Below, piece by piece: positions 13,501 through 27,869 of a stretch of 64,000 nucleotides of DNA (position 1 is the first letter of the stretch; each line of letters opens with the position of its first letter). Made by a program: the position numbers and the translations under genes. This stretch comes from the human T2T-CHM13v2.0 reference genome, Homo sapiens: assembly GCF_009914755.1 (NCBI RefSeq), contig NC_060945.1; one strand, written 5' to 3'. Below the pieces are notes generated by a model, which made no database searches, was not told the origin of the DNA, and worked only from the letters and a program-made list of their open reading frames with translations.

Positions 13501-15234
13501 CATTTCAAAAATTAAAAAGTATAAAAATGATTCTATATATATTACTTACGGATATCAATAGATAGGTATAGTGCTTTGGCTTCACACTAACCCAGTGAAG
13601 GACTAAATGTTATTTTCCCAGTTACCAGTGAGTAAATTTATACCAAAAGAGTTTCTAAAATGTATCCTTAGTTATGTTAATTACTGTCCCAGCTGAGCTT
13701 TGAACTCATGCATTGAAATCTGAGAGCAAAAAGCTAGCATTAGAAGGCTTTTCTGTTGGCACTACTCTAGCTCATCCCTCATGAACTTTTCTGTAGGAGG
13801 ACAGGCAATTTGACAGTCCTAGTGCATTAGGTGGTACAATCTAGTATGATTCTGAATGAAGTAAGCATCACAAGGATGCTAAAGTCCTTCCTCTATGTAA
13901 CTTCCCCTAATAAATGCTTTGAACTAATACCAACAAACCAACAAAACAAAACACACCTCTGTAATTCCAGATTACAACAGTTCATACTTTTTACATATTT
14001 TTATACAGGGATTCAATGAATCCCTTTTAAGGCATGCCAAAGGAAAATGCTTACTAAGATTTACTTATTCTTGTATAAGTAGAGGTTGGGGAAAGGAACA
14101 TAATAAAATACAGTAAGGTGATAATAGAACATCACAAAGTATTTAATTGCATCACGTACATTAATGATATCACATTATTACTGAATTTATTTTAATTCTA
14201 AATGTTTTAAAAATTTGAGACAAAAAATTGCCTCTTGCTCTACAGTAGAGAGATTGTATCTCATTTTTTTTGTACCCCATCTAAAAATTTAAATTGTTAT
14301 AATCTTTACACTACACATAAAAAATTTTATATCACTGAGTATTACTTAACGTAGCAAGTCTAGTCCTAAATTTTTACACCAAACAAGGCAAAACACCAAA
14401 TCATTAATGAAAAATAGGAAATATTTAAAGGTTATTTTGTATATTATTTTAAAATAAGTGTATTGTATGCAGTAACCCAACATCAGAAAATTTGAAGAAA
14501 ATGTGCATAGATTTGGCTAAAATATATGTGAGTAATTTAATAAACCATGCATATTTCAAAAAAGGACATTGATTAAAAGGCAATATAGTGCCAGAAAACA
14601 AAAATCTGAAAATTTATATGCCACAGCAGCATTAATAACCATAACATAAATAAGGAAAATATTTAAAAAATTCTAATAAAATTAGACAAAAAATATGATT
14701 AAAAATGCCAAATTTTCAATATCTTAAAATGTCTAATAATAGTCGTTATTGTTTATATTTAATAATTCCAAAAATATTATTTTTCAATGATAGTCTTTTA
14801 CATAGAAAACAGATTACAAAATGGCAACTCTATTATGATACTTAAAAAAAATTATCTTATGTGTGTATTTGTGGCTCTATGTGGCGGCAGAACCAAATAT
14901 GCATGTACATTACCTGTCTGTCCTTAAGAAAACATTCAGAAGGATAAACCTCAAATAATAGTTATGTCATCTGTGTGTGGTTTCATGTCTATTTACTGCT
15001 AGTTAAGAAATGCTTCAGAGAGGGAACAAAAGGCAAACAGATGTATAACTTGCCCAAAGATACAGCATAAGTTATTAGCATGGAGCTGGAATTAAAAGCC
15101 AGATTTTCTTGATGTAGTTCCAAAGCCTATTTACCATTATGTTTAGCAATAACAGGAAGTAAAATGACTATAAAACTGGTCTGCAACGTAAGCATATGAA
15201 ATAATTAATATCACAAAATTCCTAAAATAAGACA

Positions 15235-15308
15235 GAAGCATTTTGCTATTTCAGAATAGTGGCATCAACTTGAAGCATTTTGATACTTCAGAATAGTGGC
15301 ATCGGCTT
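15235..15308. repeat. 37-bp tandem duplication
   Basis: gaagcattttgctatttcagaatagtggcatcaactt / gaagcattttgatacttcagaatagtggcatcggctt (4 mismatches). Confidence 0.9.
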
Positions 15309-16570
15309 ACAAAAGATATAGAAAAATAAAATTTACAGAAAGCAAACCAAAAACAAAATTGTCTTGAGATTTATAGTTACCAACTTTTACAATTAGTCTT
15401 CATCAGCTATTCACTATATTTGTGATGCAAATTTTCCTATATGCCATATGTGTATTGGCCAGATGAATAGTGATTAAGATTTAGAAAAGAATTTAACAAT
15501 ATTTATGCTAATCTCTCAACAATGTAATTGGAAAAGACTTGTTTAATTATAAAACTTATGGAAGTAAAACATCCATCTGTGCAATCATATTTGTAGTTTT
15601 TGAAGTAAATCAGATACTTTTCAACTATAACCACAAAGGGTCAGGTAAGTAAGAAGAAATAATACAAGGCAATTTTTAAAATGAAATGCATAGAAATATT
15701 TATATAAAAAATGATCACTTATATCAGGTGCTATATTAACATTTTAAAGATCTAAATTCATATTATACCAATAAAAAAGAAGACATAAAATCAATTTATG
15801 TCTCCTATGAAAATACTGTAGTCATTAACATTATAATGGCTTACTTTATCAACACTCTTATTACCAAAATAAGTGCATTGAGTAACCTCTGATTTTTAAA
15901 ATCAATAAAATAGTTAAATTATTTAGTGGTTATTTATATTTAAAAGTGACTTAGAGAAAAAACAATTATGTCAAGTCCTCACAGGGCAATGTGTAATAGT
16001 AGAAATGTGTTTCACTTTATGAAACAGTCATGTTCATAATAGACTATGTGGATATAAACCTCCTGAAAACATTACATCACATTAGGGAATTTACACTATA
16101 AATGAGTCTGAATTATTTTCCAAAGTGAAGAATTATTTCATTATGAATATCAAAATATGCACCTCATTGATTAATTCATATTTTATTATTTCAGATTTCT
16201 CAATGTCCTGAGACTATTTCTTTGAATGATTGTTGCCTTATTAACATAATTCCCTGATCTTAAACACATAACATAACTTTGTGTGTATTGCCAATTGCAC
16301 CAGCAGATGTTTATGTTCTAACAATTTATTGTAATGCTATCGTGAAATCTAAAATTTTTTGTGGAATTTTTAAACAATGACAAAATATCATGACCAACTA
16401 ATTTAAATGGTGATGCTTACTACATAGTTATTATGTCAACACGAACCTGCTGGCATTAGATACTCACTCTCTCCATTGAGGTAAAAATCTCAATAATAGT
16501 CCATAATTAAAGAAAAATGTTATTAGTCCTATACAAGTTTGAGCATTTACCATAGGGAGAACTGCAGCAA

Positions 16571-16714
16571 AGAGGGAAGGAAGGGAGGAAGGAAGGAAGG
16601 AAGGAAGGAAGGAAGGAAGGAAGGAAGGAAGGAAGGAAGGAAAAGAAGGAAGGAAGAAAGGAAGGAAGGAAGGAAAAAAGGAAGGAGGGAGGGAGGGAAG
16701 GAAAGAAAGAAAAG
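16571..16714 (+). repeat. (GGAA)n purine microsatellite, 14 perfect units at 16587-16642
   Basis: Read directly. It explains the RKEG repeats of ORF 16539-16754. Confidence 0.97.
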
Positions 16715-16760
16715 CTTAAACTCTAATTCTTCAACTTATACTGACTTCAATTAATCCTAC

Positions 16761-17130
16761 TGATATGATCTGAGTTTGTCCCCCTACATTTATGTGTTGG
16801 AAACTTAATCCCCAAAGGAACAGTGTTAGAGGATGGGGGCTAATGGGATGAACTTAGGTTATGAGGGTTCTGACCTCCTGCATGGATTCATGCTGCTATG
16901 AACAGGGTTGGTGAGAGTGCCTTCTCTCTCTTTTGCTTTTCTGTCATGTGGGGACTCAGTACTTGTCCTCTTTTGTCCTTCGCCTTCTGCCACGTGAGGA
17001 CACAGTAAGAAGGCCCACAACAGATGCTGGTGTCTTGATCTTGCCAGCCTCTAGAACTGCGAGAGAATAAATCTTAATAAATTACCCAGTATTTAATATT
17101 CTGTTATGGCAGCACAAACAGACTAAGGAA
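16761..17130 (+). mobile_element. MaLR solo LTR, MSTC/MSTD-like
   Basis: Starts 'tgatatgatctgagtttgtccccc...tgttggaaacttaatcccca', contains 'ccttctgccacgtgaggacacag' and ends 'ggcagcacaaacagactaag'. Confidence 0.85.
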
Positions 17131-17292
17131 CCTGGCAAGTGAAGAGAGTTGACAAATTATCTGGTTCAAGCCTCTAATTTTGCAATTGAGGACATTGATA
17201 TGAAGTATGGAAAGTATCTAAGATCATTCAGCCACCTAGTAGAAAATGTTTTAGAATTGACTTCACTACTGTACTCTCCACTGTAACCTATC

Positions 17293-17665
17293 AATACAAA
17301 CTACATTGTCTTCCTCCAAAATGTATACGTTGAAGTCATAACCCCTAATATGACTATATTTGGAGACAGAGTCTTTAAGAAATAAAGTTAAATGAGATTT
17401 GAAGCATGGGGCCTAATTAAATGTGACTGATGTCTTTATAAGAAGGGAAAGAGACATCAGGGATTTTGAGCACAGAAAAAAAAATGTTATGTGAGGACAC
17501 AGTGAGAAAACAGCCATCAGCAAGCTAGGGAGAGAAACCTCAGGAGAAACCAAATCTGCTGACATCTGAATCTTGGACTTTGAGTCTCCAAAACTTTGAG
17601 AAGTAATTTTTGTTTGTTTGTTTTAAAACACCCAGTCTGTGATATTTTGTTACCATAAACCTAGT
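17293..17665 (+). mobile_element. MaLR solo LTR, MLT1A/B-like
   Basis: 'ttgaagtcataacccctaatatgactatatttggagacag', 'gtgaggacacagtgagaaaacagccatc' and 'cccagtctgtgatattttgtta'. Confidence 0.85.
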
Positions 17666-17834
17666 GATATATTTGCTCTATTTATTGGATGTAACTTATT
17701 TCTTGATTTTGTCTATTTCATCACTCTGGTATTCATCTGACCTGACACCATGCTTCTGTCAGGACACCATCTTTGTGTAAATTCTGTTCTGTGCCTTTCG
17801 ATACTGAATCTATATTCTGATGCTTTTAGTATAT

Positions 17835-20800
17835 AATTGTAATACAGGTCTTTTGGATTGTGAAACAGGGCTCTACCATCATCCACAGGTAACTACTTTA
17901 TTTTTGGGAACAGCTCTTGGTTTGTTACTAGGTTTCAGTAGAACCTGAATGCTTCGCAATAGGCCGCCAAGTTACTTTGTGACCTGAACTGTCCATTGTG
18001 AACTGGGTGTTATCTCACCCACCAAATGATGAAGTTGGGCATACACAGCAATACTCTACTGGAAAATTGAATGACATATACATGATTAGGCCTATGGAAA
18101 ATTATCCAGATGGTCTTGGACCAATCTAGTTCTTCCTACATTCTTGCTCTTAGTTCTTAAGAATAAGTATAGAACGTATTGAGAATGCAGTATCCTGAGA
18201 TAGGAAGGAACTGCCTAAAACATCCTGGGCCTTGTTTTTGTCCCTTCTGGGAGTGAGACATCTTGAGTTATGGAGGAACTGTCCAAGACAGCACAGTCTT
18301 TGTTCCTGTCTCACCTGGAAAGAAGGATGTCCTTCTAAGCTTTTCCCAGTGATCCACATGGCCCCTGGAGTTTATAACCTAGGGTGGCTGCCTTTCAGGG
18401 CCCTTCAGCTGTGGTACAGGTGGCTCAGTGCAGTAAAGACTCCATCTGTCCCAGGCAGCTTTCTTACTCAAAATGGATCCTAGATTTCTTTCATCCCTTG
18501 CTGCCAATCTGTACACAATTAATCTTCCTGTCTCACTGGACTCTAACAGTTTGGTAGCCAGTGCACAGAGAACCTGCTCCACAGGGCCCACACAGACCCT
18601 GAAGACACAAGGCAGATGAAAAAGGTGCCCAAATGCCCACAGTCTCCATTCCTGCTAAACTGCCTTTTCTCCCTAGCCTACACCTGTGGCCTCATGGGGA
18701 ACTCTCTAAAATCAGTTAACAGAGGAAGAGAAGACTCAGGCCTGGTTTATGGATGGTGTTGCATGACATGTGAGCAGTATCTGAAAGTGGACAGCTGCAG
18801 CAGCCACAGCCCCTCTCTGGGACATCTTTGCAGAACATTGTTGAAGAGAAATCCTCTCGGTGTAGTAGTACATCAGGTTGTGCAGCTGATTGTGCAGGTT
18901 GCTTTAAAGAAGAAATGGCCAGAGATATGACTACATACCAATTCATGGGCTATACAAATTGTTTGCCTGTATAGTCAAGGACTTGGAAGGAAAAGGATCA
19001 GAAAACTTGGGACAAAGAAATCTGGGGATGGGGTATATGGACAGATTATTTTTGAATGGGGAAGATATTTGTGTCCCATGTGAATTCTCACCAATTACCT
19101 CAAGAGGAAAAATTTAATAATCAAGTGGTAAGAATGATATGTTCTGGAGATCCCACTCAACCTCTTTCCATACCACCCTATTGTCACCCTATGGGCCCAT
19201 GAACAAAGTAGCCATGATGGCAAGGGTATCAGTTATGCATGGGCTCACTCAGGATCATGCACTTCCCCTCAGGGAAGGCATGGTAATTCTAACAGACACT
19301 GTGAGACTTCTACTCACCAATGGCAACCTGTATTGACTCCTCTCCATTCCCAATCTATCAGCAGCCAAAACCAGCACTGAACCCCCAATATGGCATCATT
19401 CCCTGGGATTGGCAGCCAGCTGCTTGATGGCAGGTCAAATATACAGAACAGCTTTCAACATGGAAGGGACAGTGTTTTGTTTTTAATGGAGTAGATGCTC
19501 TGGATATGGATTTGCCCTCTCTACGTACAACGCTTCTGCCAAAATTACCTTTCATGGACTTACAGAATACCTTATCCACCATCATGGTATTCTGTATCTC
19601 ATTGCATCCTATCAAGGAACTCACTTCATGGCCAAAGAAGTGTAGAAATGGGCTCATGATCATGAAGTTCACTGGTTTTACCATGCTCCCTACCATCCTT
19701 AAGCAGTTGGCTTGATTGGATCGTGATATGGCGTTTTTAAGACTACGTTATTGTGTTCATTAGGTGATAACTGGGGCACTTGCAAGTATGGGATAAAATT
19801 CTGCAGAGGATCATATATGCTCTGAATCAGCATCTGATGAAACAGGAAACATGGTGCTGTTTCACTGATAGCCAGGATTCAACAGTCTAGGAATCAAGAG
19901 GTGGAAATGAGAGTGGCCCTACTCCCTATTACTCCTGTTAACCCACTAGCAAAATGTTTGCATTCTGTTTCTGTGACTTTATGCTCTGCTAGCCTAGAGG
20001 TCTTTATTCCAGAGGAAAAATGCCTCCACCAAGAGACACAACAATGATTCCATTGAAGTGAAGGTTAAATGGCAACAAGGATGCTTTGGGCTCTTCCTGC
20101 CTCTGAGTCAACAGAACATGGAGGGTGTTTCGGTGTTGGGTGAAATAATTGATTTAAACTACCAAAGGAAAATTGGACTTCCACTCTACAGTGAAGAAAA
20201 GGAAGAGGAAACAGAAGGAAAACACGAGATATCTTAGGATGTCTCTTAGTATTACCATGCTCCGTTTTAAGGTCAGTGAAAAACTGTAACAACCCAATCC
20301 ATACAGGACTAAAAATGGCCCAGACTCTTCAGGAATTAAGATTTGTGTCATACAGCCAAGTAATGAATCATGACCAGCTGACCTGCTTCCTGAAGAAAAA
20401 AGGGAATACAGAAGGAGTAGTAGAAGAAGGTAGTTATAAATAACAGCTATGACACATGACCAGTTATAGAAAAATTGAAATTGTTATATTTCCTCCTTAT
20501 TTTGTTATGAATATGTTCTCGTGTATATGTATACATATTGAGCAAATATCTTTGTTTTCTTATTATCTTATCATGTAACATAAGATATATTGATTTTATA
20601 TTAGTATTTAAATATTGTTAATTTTACATCAAAGCATTTAAGCTATGAGATATAAGGAGAAAAATTAATGTTATTCGTGGACCTTAGCTACTCTTCTGTG
20701 GAAAGGATTAGTGCATTTTGTGTTATAAACAGGGTGGTTGACTCATGTTAGGTAGAATTCTAACCTTGTTATTGTCTGTATTTGGAGATTAAGTATGGTT

Positions 20801-20842
20801 TAAGGAAATGTGTGTGGGTGCCAAGTTGATAAGGGGTGAATT
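17835..20842 (+). mobile_element. ERVL (HERVL/ERVL-B4-like) internal remnant: 3' pol (RNase H, integrase) and dUTPase, non-coding
   Basis: HERVL-like motifs 'gacctgaactgtccattgtgaactgggtgttatct', 'gaggaagagaagactcaggcctggttt', 'aagtggacagctgcagc' and 'caaggaactcacttcatggccaaagaagtg'. dUTPase-like 'attgatttaaactaccaaaggaaaattgga' lies near 20150, and a PPT 'gataaggggtgaa' precedes the LTR. Many stops and frameshifts. Confidence 0.9.
18093..18583 (+). mobile_element. Solo LTR (ERVL class, LTR32-like, tentative) inserted into ERVL pol
   Basis: The ERVL sequence breaks at 18092 and resumes at 18584. The insert is flanked by a 5-bp TSD aggcc/gggcc, ends in ...aca and contains 'gttcttaagaataagtatagaacgtattgagaatgcagtatcctgagatagg'. 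Confidence 0.8.
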
Positions 20843-21251
20843 TGTGATGGTTAATTTTAAAAAATGTTCAGAAGAGTGGTAAAATTTATTTCTGGTGATG
20901 TCTGTTAGGGTGTACCCCAAAGAGAATAACATTTAAATCAGTAGGCTGAGATAAAAATATTTCCCTCCCCAATGTGGGTGAGCATCAACCAATGCTTTGA
21001 GGGCCTCACTAGAACAGAAAGAAGGAAGAAGGGCAAATTCAGTCTCTGTTTCAGCTGGGCTGTCCATCTTCTCCTGCCCTCAGATATACGTTCTGCTAAT
21101 TCTCAGGCCTTTGGACTCGGGCTGAATTTGTCATCAGCTTGCCTGGTTCTCCAGCTTTCAGACAGCAAATCAAGGAACTACTTAGTGTCCATAATCATAT
21201 AAGCCCTAATTCTCATAGTATATCAATTATTATGATTTGATTTCTCAAATG

Positions 21252-21284
<33 letters not shown>

Positions 21285-21514
21285 TACATATATATATATA
21301 TATATACACAGTCAACCTTTCTCTATTATATATATGTATATAAATATCTCTCATATGAGTTGTATATTTAACTTCTCATAATAAATCAATCTCTCTATAT
21401 AGATGTATATATATACATATTATGTGTTATTAAGAATTATTAGAAAATATATCTATACATATAGATATATAGAGAGAATATCTACATCTATATCATAAAC
21501 ACACACACACACAT

Positions 21515-21558
<44 letters not shown>

Positions 21559-21589
21559 CCTGTTGGTTCTGTTTTTCTGGAGAATCCTG
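20843..21589 (+). mobile_element. MLT2 (ERVL 3' LTR) with expanded internal (TC)(TA)(CA) microsatellite
   Basis: Starts 'tgtgatggttaatttt' right after the PPT and contains 'tcctgttggttctgtttttctggagaatcc'. The terminal 'actaataca' is displaced to 24249-24257 by the THE1 insertion. Confidence 0.9.
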
Positions 21590-24244
<2,655 letters not shown>

Positions 24245-24659
24245 CATTACTAATACATTATCAATTCAAATTCATGACTCTTGCAACATCAACTGTGAAG
24301 TTGATTAGAACTTCATAGTTCTAATGAAGGAACTGTGGAAGTCTAAGCAACTCTTTGTTACAGAAAAGTAAAGAAAACATACATGAGACATTAGTTTGTA
24401 ATTGGGTAAAAATACTAAACACATTAATTTCAAAATTTAATTCTGGATATTTCAATAAGAAAAGTAATTTTATTAAATTTTTTTTGGCATTCCTCTATGT
24501 AAATATACAAGAGAAGTCACAATTTCTTCTAGCAAATAAGAGTCATAACCAAAAACTATTGATGTTGCTACATAACTGAGAATCTGAGAATCTTGCCGAA
24601 GATAAAGGAACACAAATTAGGTGCATGTTAATAAGCCTTTGATAATAGACAAAGGATTT

Positions 24660-25150
24660 TGGGGTTTTAGCCTGGATATAGTATGGTGCTAGTTGCAGAT
24701 GATATAAATGAAGTGAAATAATTAGGCAAGTATTTAGAAATGTTTGGCAGCAATGTGAAGGATTTAATAGATGGCAACAGACTAATGTCCAGAAAAGATA
24801 AGTATTTCCTGTAGTTGTCCAGTGTCAAAGTGATTGGGCTAGTACTAATGCGACAGAGGTAGGAATTTTTTTTAAAAAAAAAAAGGCATTGGATTTTTTA
24901 GTTACTAAAGAAATGGTATCAAAGAAATTTTGTGACCAATTTGATGCTGGGCATAAGTGAGAAGAAAGAGCAAACAATAATCTTCAGGTTCCTGCCATGA
25001 ACCACTGGGCAAAGTTACTTACAAAGAAAAGGAGAGCAAGAGAAAAAGTACAAAAATCTTTCATCACAGAAGATAAGAATCTACCTTTTCCAACACGCTT
25101 CAAATTTCGTTGTGTGCTGTTGAATTTGTTAGTTGAGGAAAAAAAAATGA
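24660..25150 (-). mobile_element. Degenerate L2 fragments
   Basis: L2-like motifs 'ctgtagttgtccagtgtcaaagtgattgggctagtac' and 'aataatcttcaggttcctgccatgaaccactggg'. Very diverged. Confidence 0.45.
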
Positions 25151-27869
25151 AAGGAATGTGTACTAAAATTCAAAACATGGTAAGAGTAAATGACATAAAT
25201 GTTTATAGAATTAAATTTCAACATATTTTCTGATACAAGCAATATTCTTCATTAGTGAGTTTTATGGTGTTACAGAATAAAAATTATAGAGTATATCTAT
25301 AATTACCAAGCATGGTATTTAATGCATGCCCAATAAAACAGATTTTACCGTTGTTTCCAAAGTGCCTCGTGAGTTTCATTTAACTGTGAAAATACCTTCC
25401 AGTTGTCAATATTCATAAAAATAGTGGCTTATCCAGAGTTGCCCTTTCAATATCAAAATAAAATTAAAACAAATGGTAAAAATGCAGATTATTCGCAAAA
25501 AGAGAATGATAATTAAAGCCTCCAGGGGTTTAACCATAATGAATCAGAATGACAAAATGGATTTTGACTTTCTGCTCAGAACTGGCTTAGAAATCTATCT
25601 ATTAAAATATTGTCAGGAGATTACTCTGTCAGAACTGGATAAGAATAAAAGATGTGAGCACACGAAATTACAGCTTTGCAATTTCAAAGTAATTTAAATC
25701 TGATATATTTCTTTTAAATTTTATTCCACAAAGGTTTTTTTCCAAGCTGAAAATTATTCTAAATGATATGGTTTCTTTTAATAGTGACCTTGAAATTATA
25801 TTACCCGAATCAGTTACATCCATTATTTTTAAAATTTATTGTATGATCGATGTAAATCAGACATTCCCATGCAGATATATCTGGTTTTCTACAGTTAAAA
25901 AAATTAGATTACTATTAGTTTAATACGTTATTTCTATCTTCAGCATGCACTTTATCCTTTTCTGCATCTGGTATGCACAATTAGATAATGTATACTGAAC
26001 AGCATCAACTGTAAAATATTCAAGAAGATGAATTGCTTCATATAAATTAGAGATGGTAAAGCTTGATCAGTTCATTTTAGGTTAATGCATCTTGAGAGTC
26101 CCTCTATAATTCTATAAAATATAATACCTGCAATTATACATTAGAAGTAAATCATCCTAAAAAATGAATAGCGTAGAAAGTAGTATGTCACTCCTTCATT
26201 ACCGTTAAATAATGTGTTTTTATAACTTGCCAATATGGATTTTATAGAGTCATTTCAGCCCAAATGAAGACCTATTCAAACTATATTTAGATTCTTAACT
26301 TAGTATTAATTTTTTATGAAAAAACATTTTATTAAATAAAACAATCTCTAAATATTACTTAAAGCTATAAAATGTTTTATACATATGTTGTTATTATTAT
26401 CAGCTAGTGCTAGGGAAAAACAGAGACCAGATTTTTTTTAAATTATCCATTATTCTTTAGCATTGAAATCAAGATTTTTTTATCTTGTGGTTTATCACAG
26501 AATACACTATTCTATTTCGATTAGTGAAAATTTTTATTTTAAATATGTTTATTCATATAGTTTGGTAGCATACCTAAATGACTAAATTTCAAGCAATATT
26601 ATACCATTAACTGTTAGATTATGTTTTCCTTTTGGAATTTTTCATCTAGTCCCTTAAAATAAGATTTTTATGGGGGAAGGGAGAAACGTTATGTACGTAA
26701 AGCTGAAATATTTACAGTACACATTTCAAAAGTCACTTCTGAATTTTGAATGTTTTACTGGTTATAAATACTATCCGTGTTGTCATTTTTGTTGTTATTT
26801 ATATAAAATTATGAGCAATAATCTAGAATATAATATAATATAGAGTTAGGAAAATATAATCAAACAACTTGATATGCAGACATCTGGAAATCAGTTAGAC
26901 TCTTCTAAATAAATCTTATGATCTTGTGGTAGAGAAGAAGTAATTTCACCTCCTTAGAATGCTAGTTCTTAGTTTCTGCTCTTCAAATACTGGAGCACAG
27001 AATAAAGATGTCTCTGCATGAATCAAGAATTATTTTGTTGTTTTTGTTGCTTGTTGTTTGTCTTTTAATCTAACTTTTTCAAGCAATCATTGTATTTAGC
27101 CGACCACTAAATCTAAAGCCTACATTTGTGACTTGTGTTTAGAAAGATGATTTGAATAATGATTTTCTAGAAAATAACAAGGTGAGAAAAATGTTAAGGC
27201 TATAGAAACTATTGGAAACATCTTTTCTTTCTTTCTATTCTAAGACTAAATATTTACCATCAAGAAAAAATAAGATGGAAGAAGAAATCTTTGGTATGGT
27301 GTAAACCAAAGTATGAATCCATATGAGGAAATCAAGACCAATGTAAATGACTTCCTCTTTCCAGTGTTCATGAATAAAATTTCATCTACCTTCTATACAT
27401 GATGGTTCTATCTGGCTAGTGTCCAAGGACAAAGACCATCATTTTTACTACTGATGTTTGTATAGTGGCAGGAAGATAAATGAGTAAAGTTATCTGTTTC
27501 TTGTGAAATGATGAAGTATTGTGAACAATATGCATGCCCAAATTAACAAAAACATGTTACATAAAAATAAATGAAATGAATGGAAATCCAGACAAGAGCA
27601 TGGACTCAAGAAAAGGGTAGGGTTATATTTGAAGCAGGAGATTTAAAAATATGGAACTAGACATGATTCTCAAAATTAGTTATAGCGCATTCTTTTGAAA
27701 TCAAATGTACTGAGGTAAAGGTAATAGAGAATTAAGAGACTTAGATCTAGAAAGAATGTAAATGGGTTTACATAGACTATAAATCAATACATTTTATTTA
27801 TTTTGTTTAGCCTATGAGTATATGGAGAGTTTTCAAATGTTAACTGGAGTCAATGTCAGTGGTAGTGAA

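Noticed and set aside
15642-15650. Perfect splice donor CAG/GTAAGT
   Set aside because: One 9-mer is expected by chance in 64 kb on two strands, and there is no convincing acceptor, reading frame or partner exon.
16539-16754. RKEG-repeat ORF
   Set aside because: Translation of the GGAA microsatellite.
18150-20351. Several 65-112 aa ORFs
   Set aside because: They are off-frame or broken pieces of decayed ERVL pol/dUTPase and the inserted LTR. No intact retroviral ORF.
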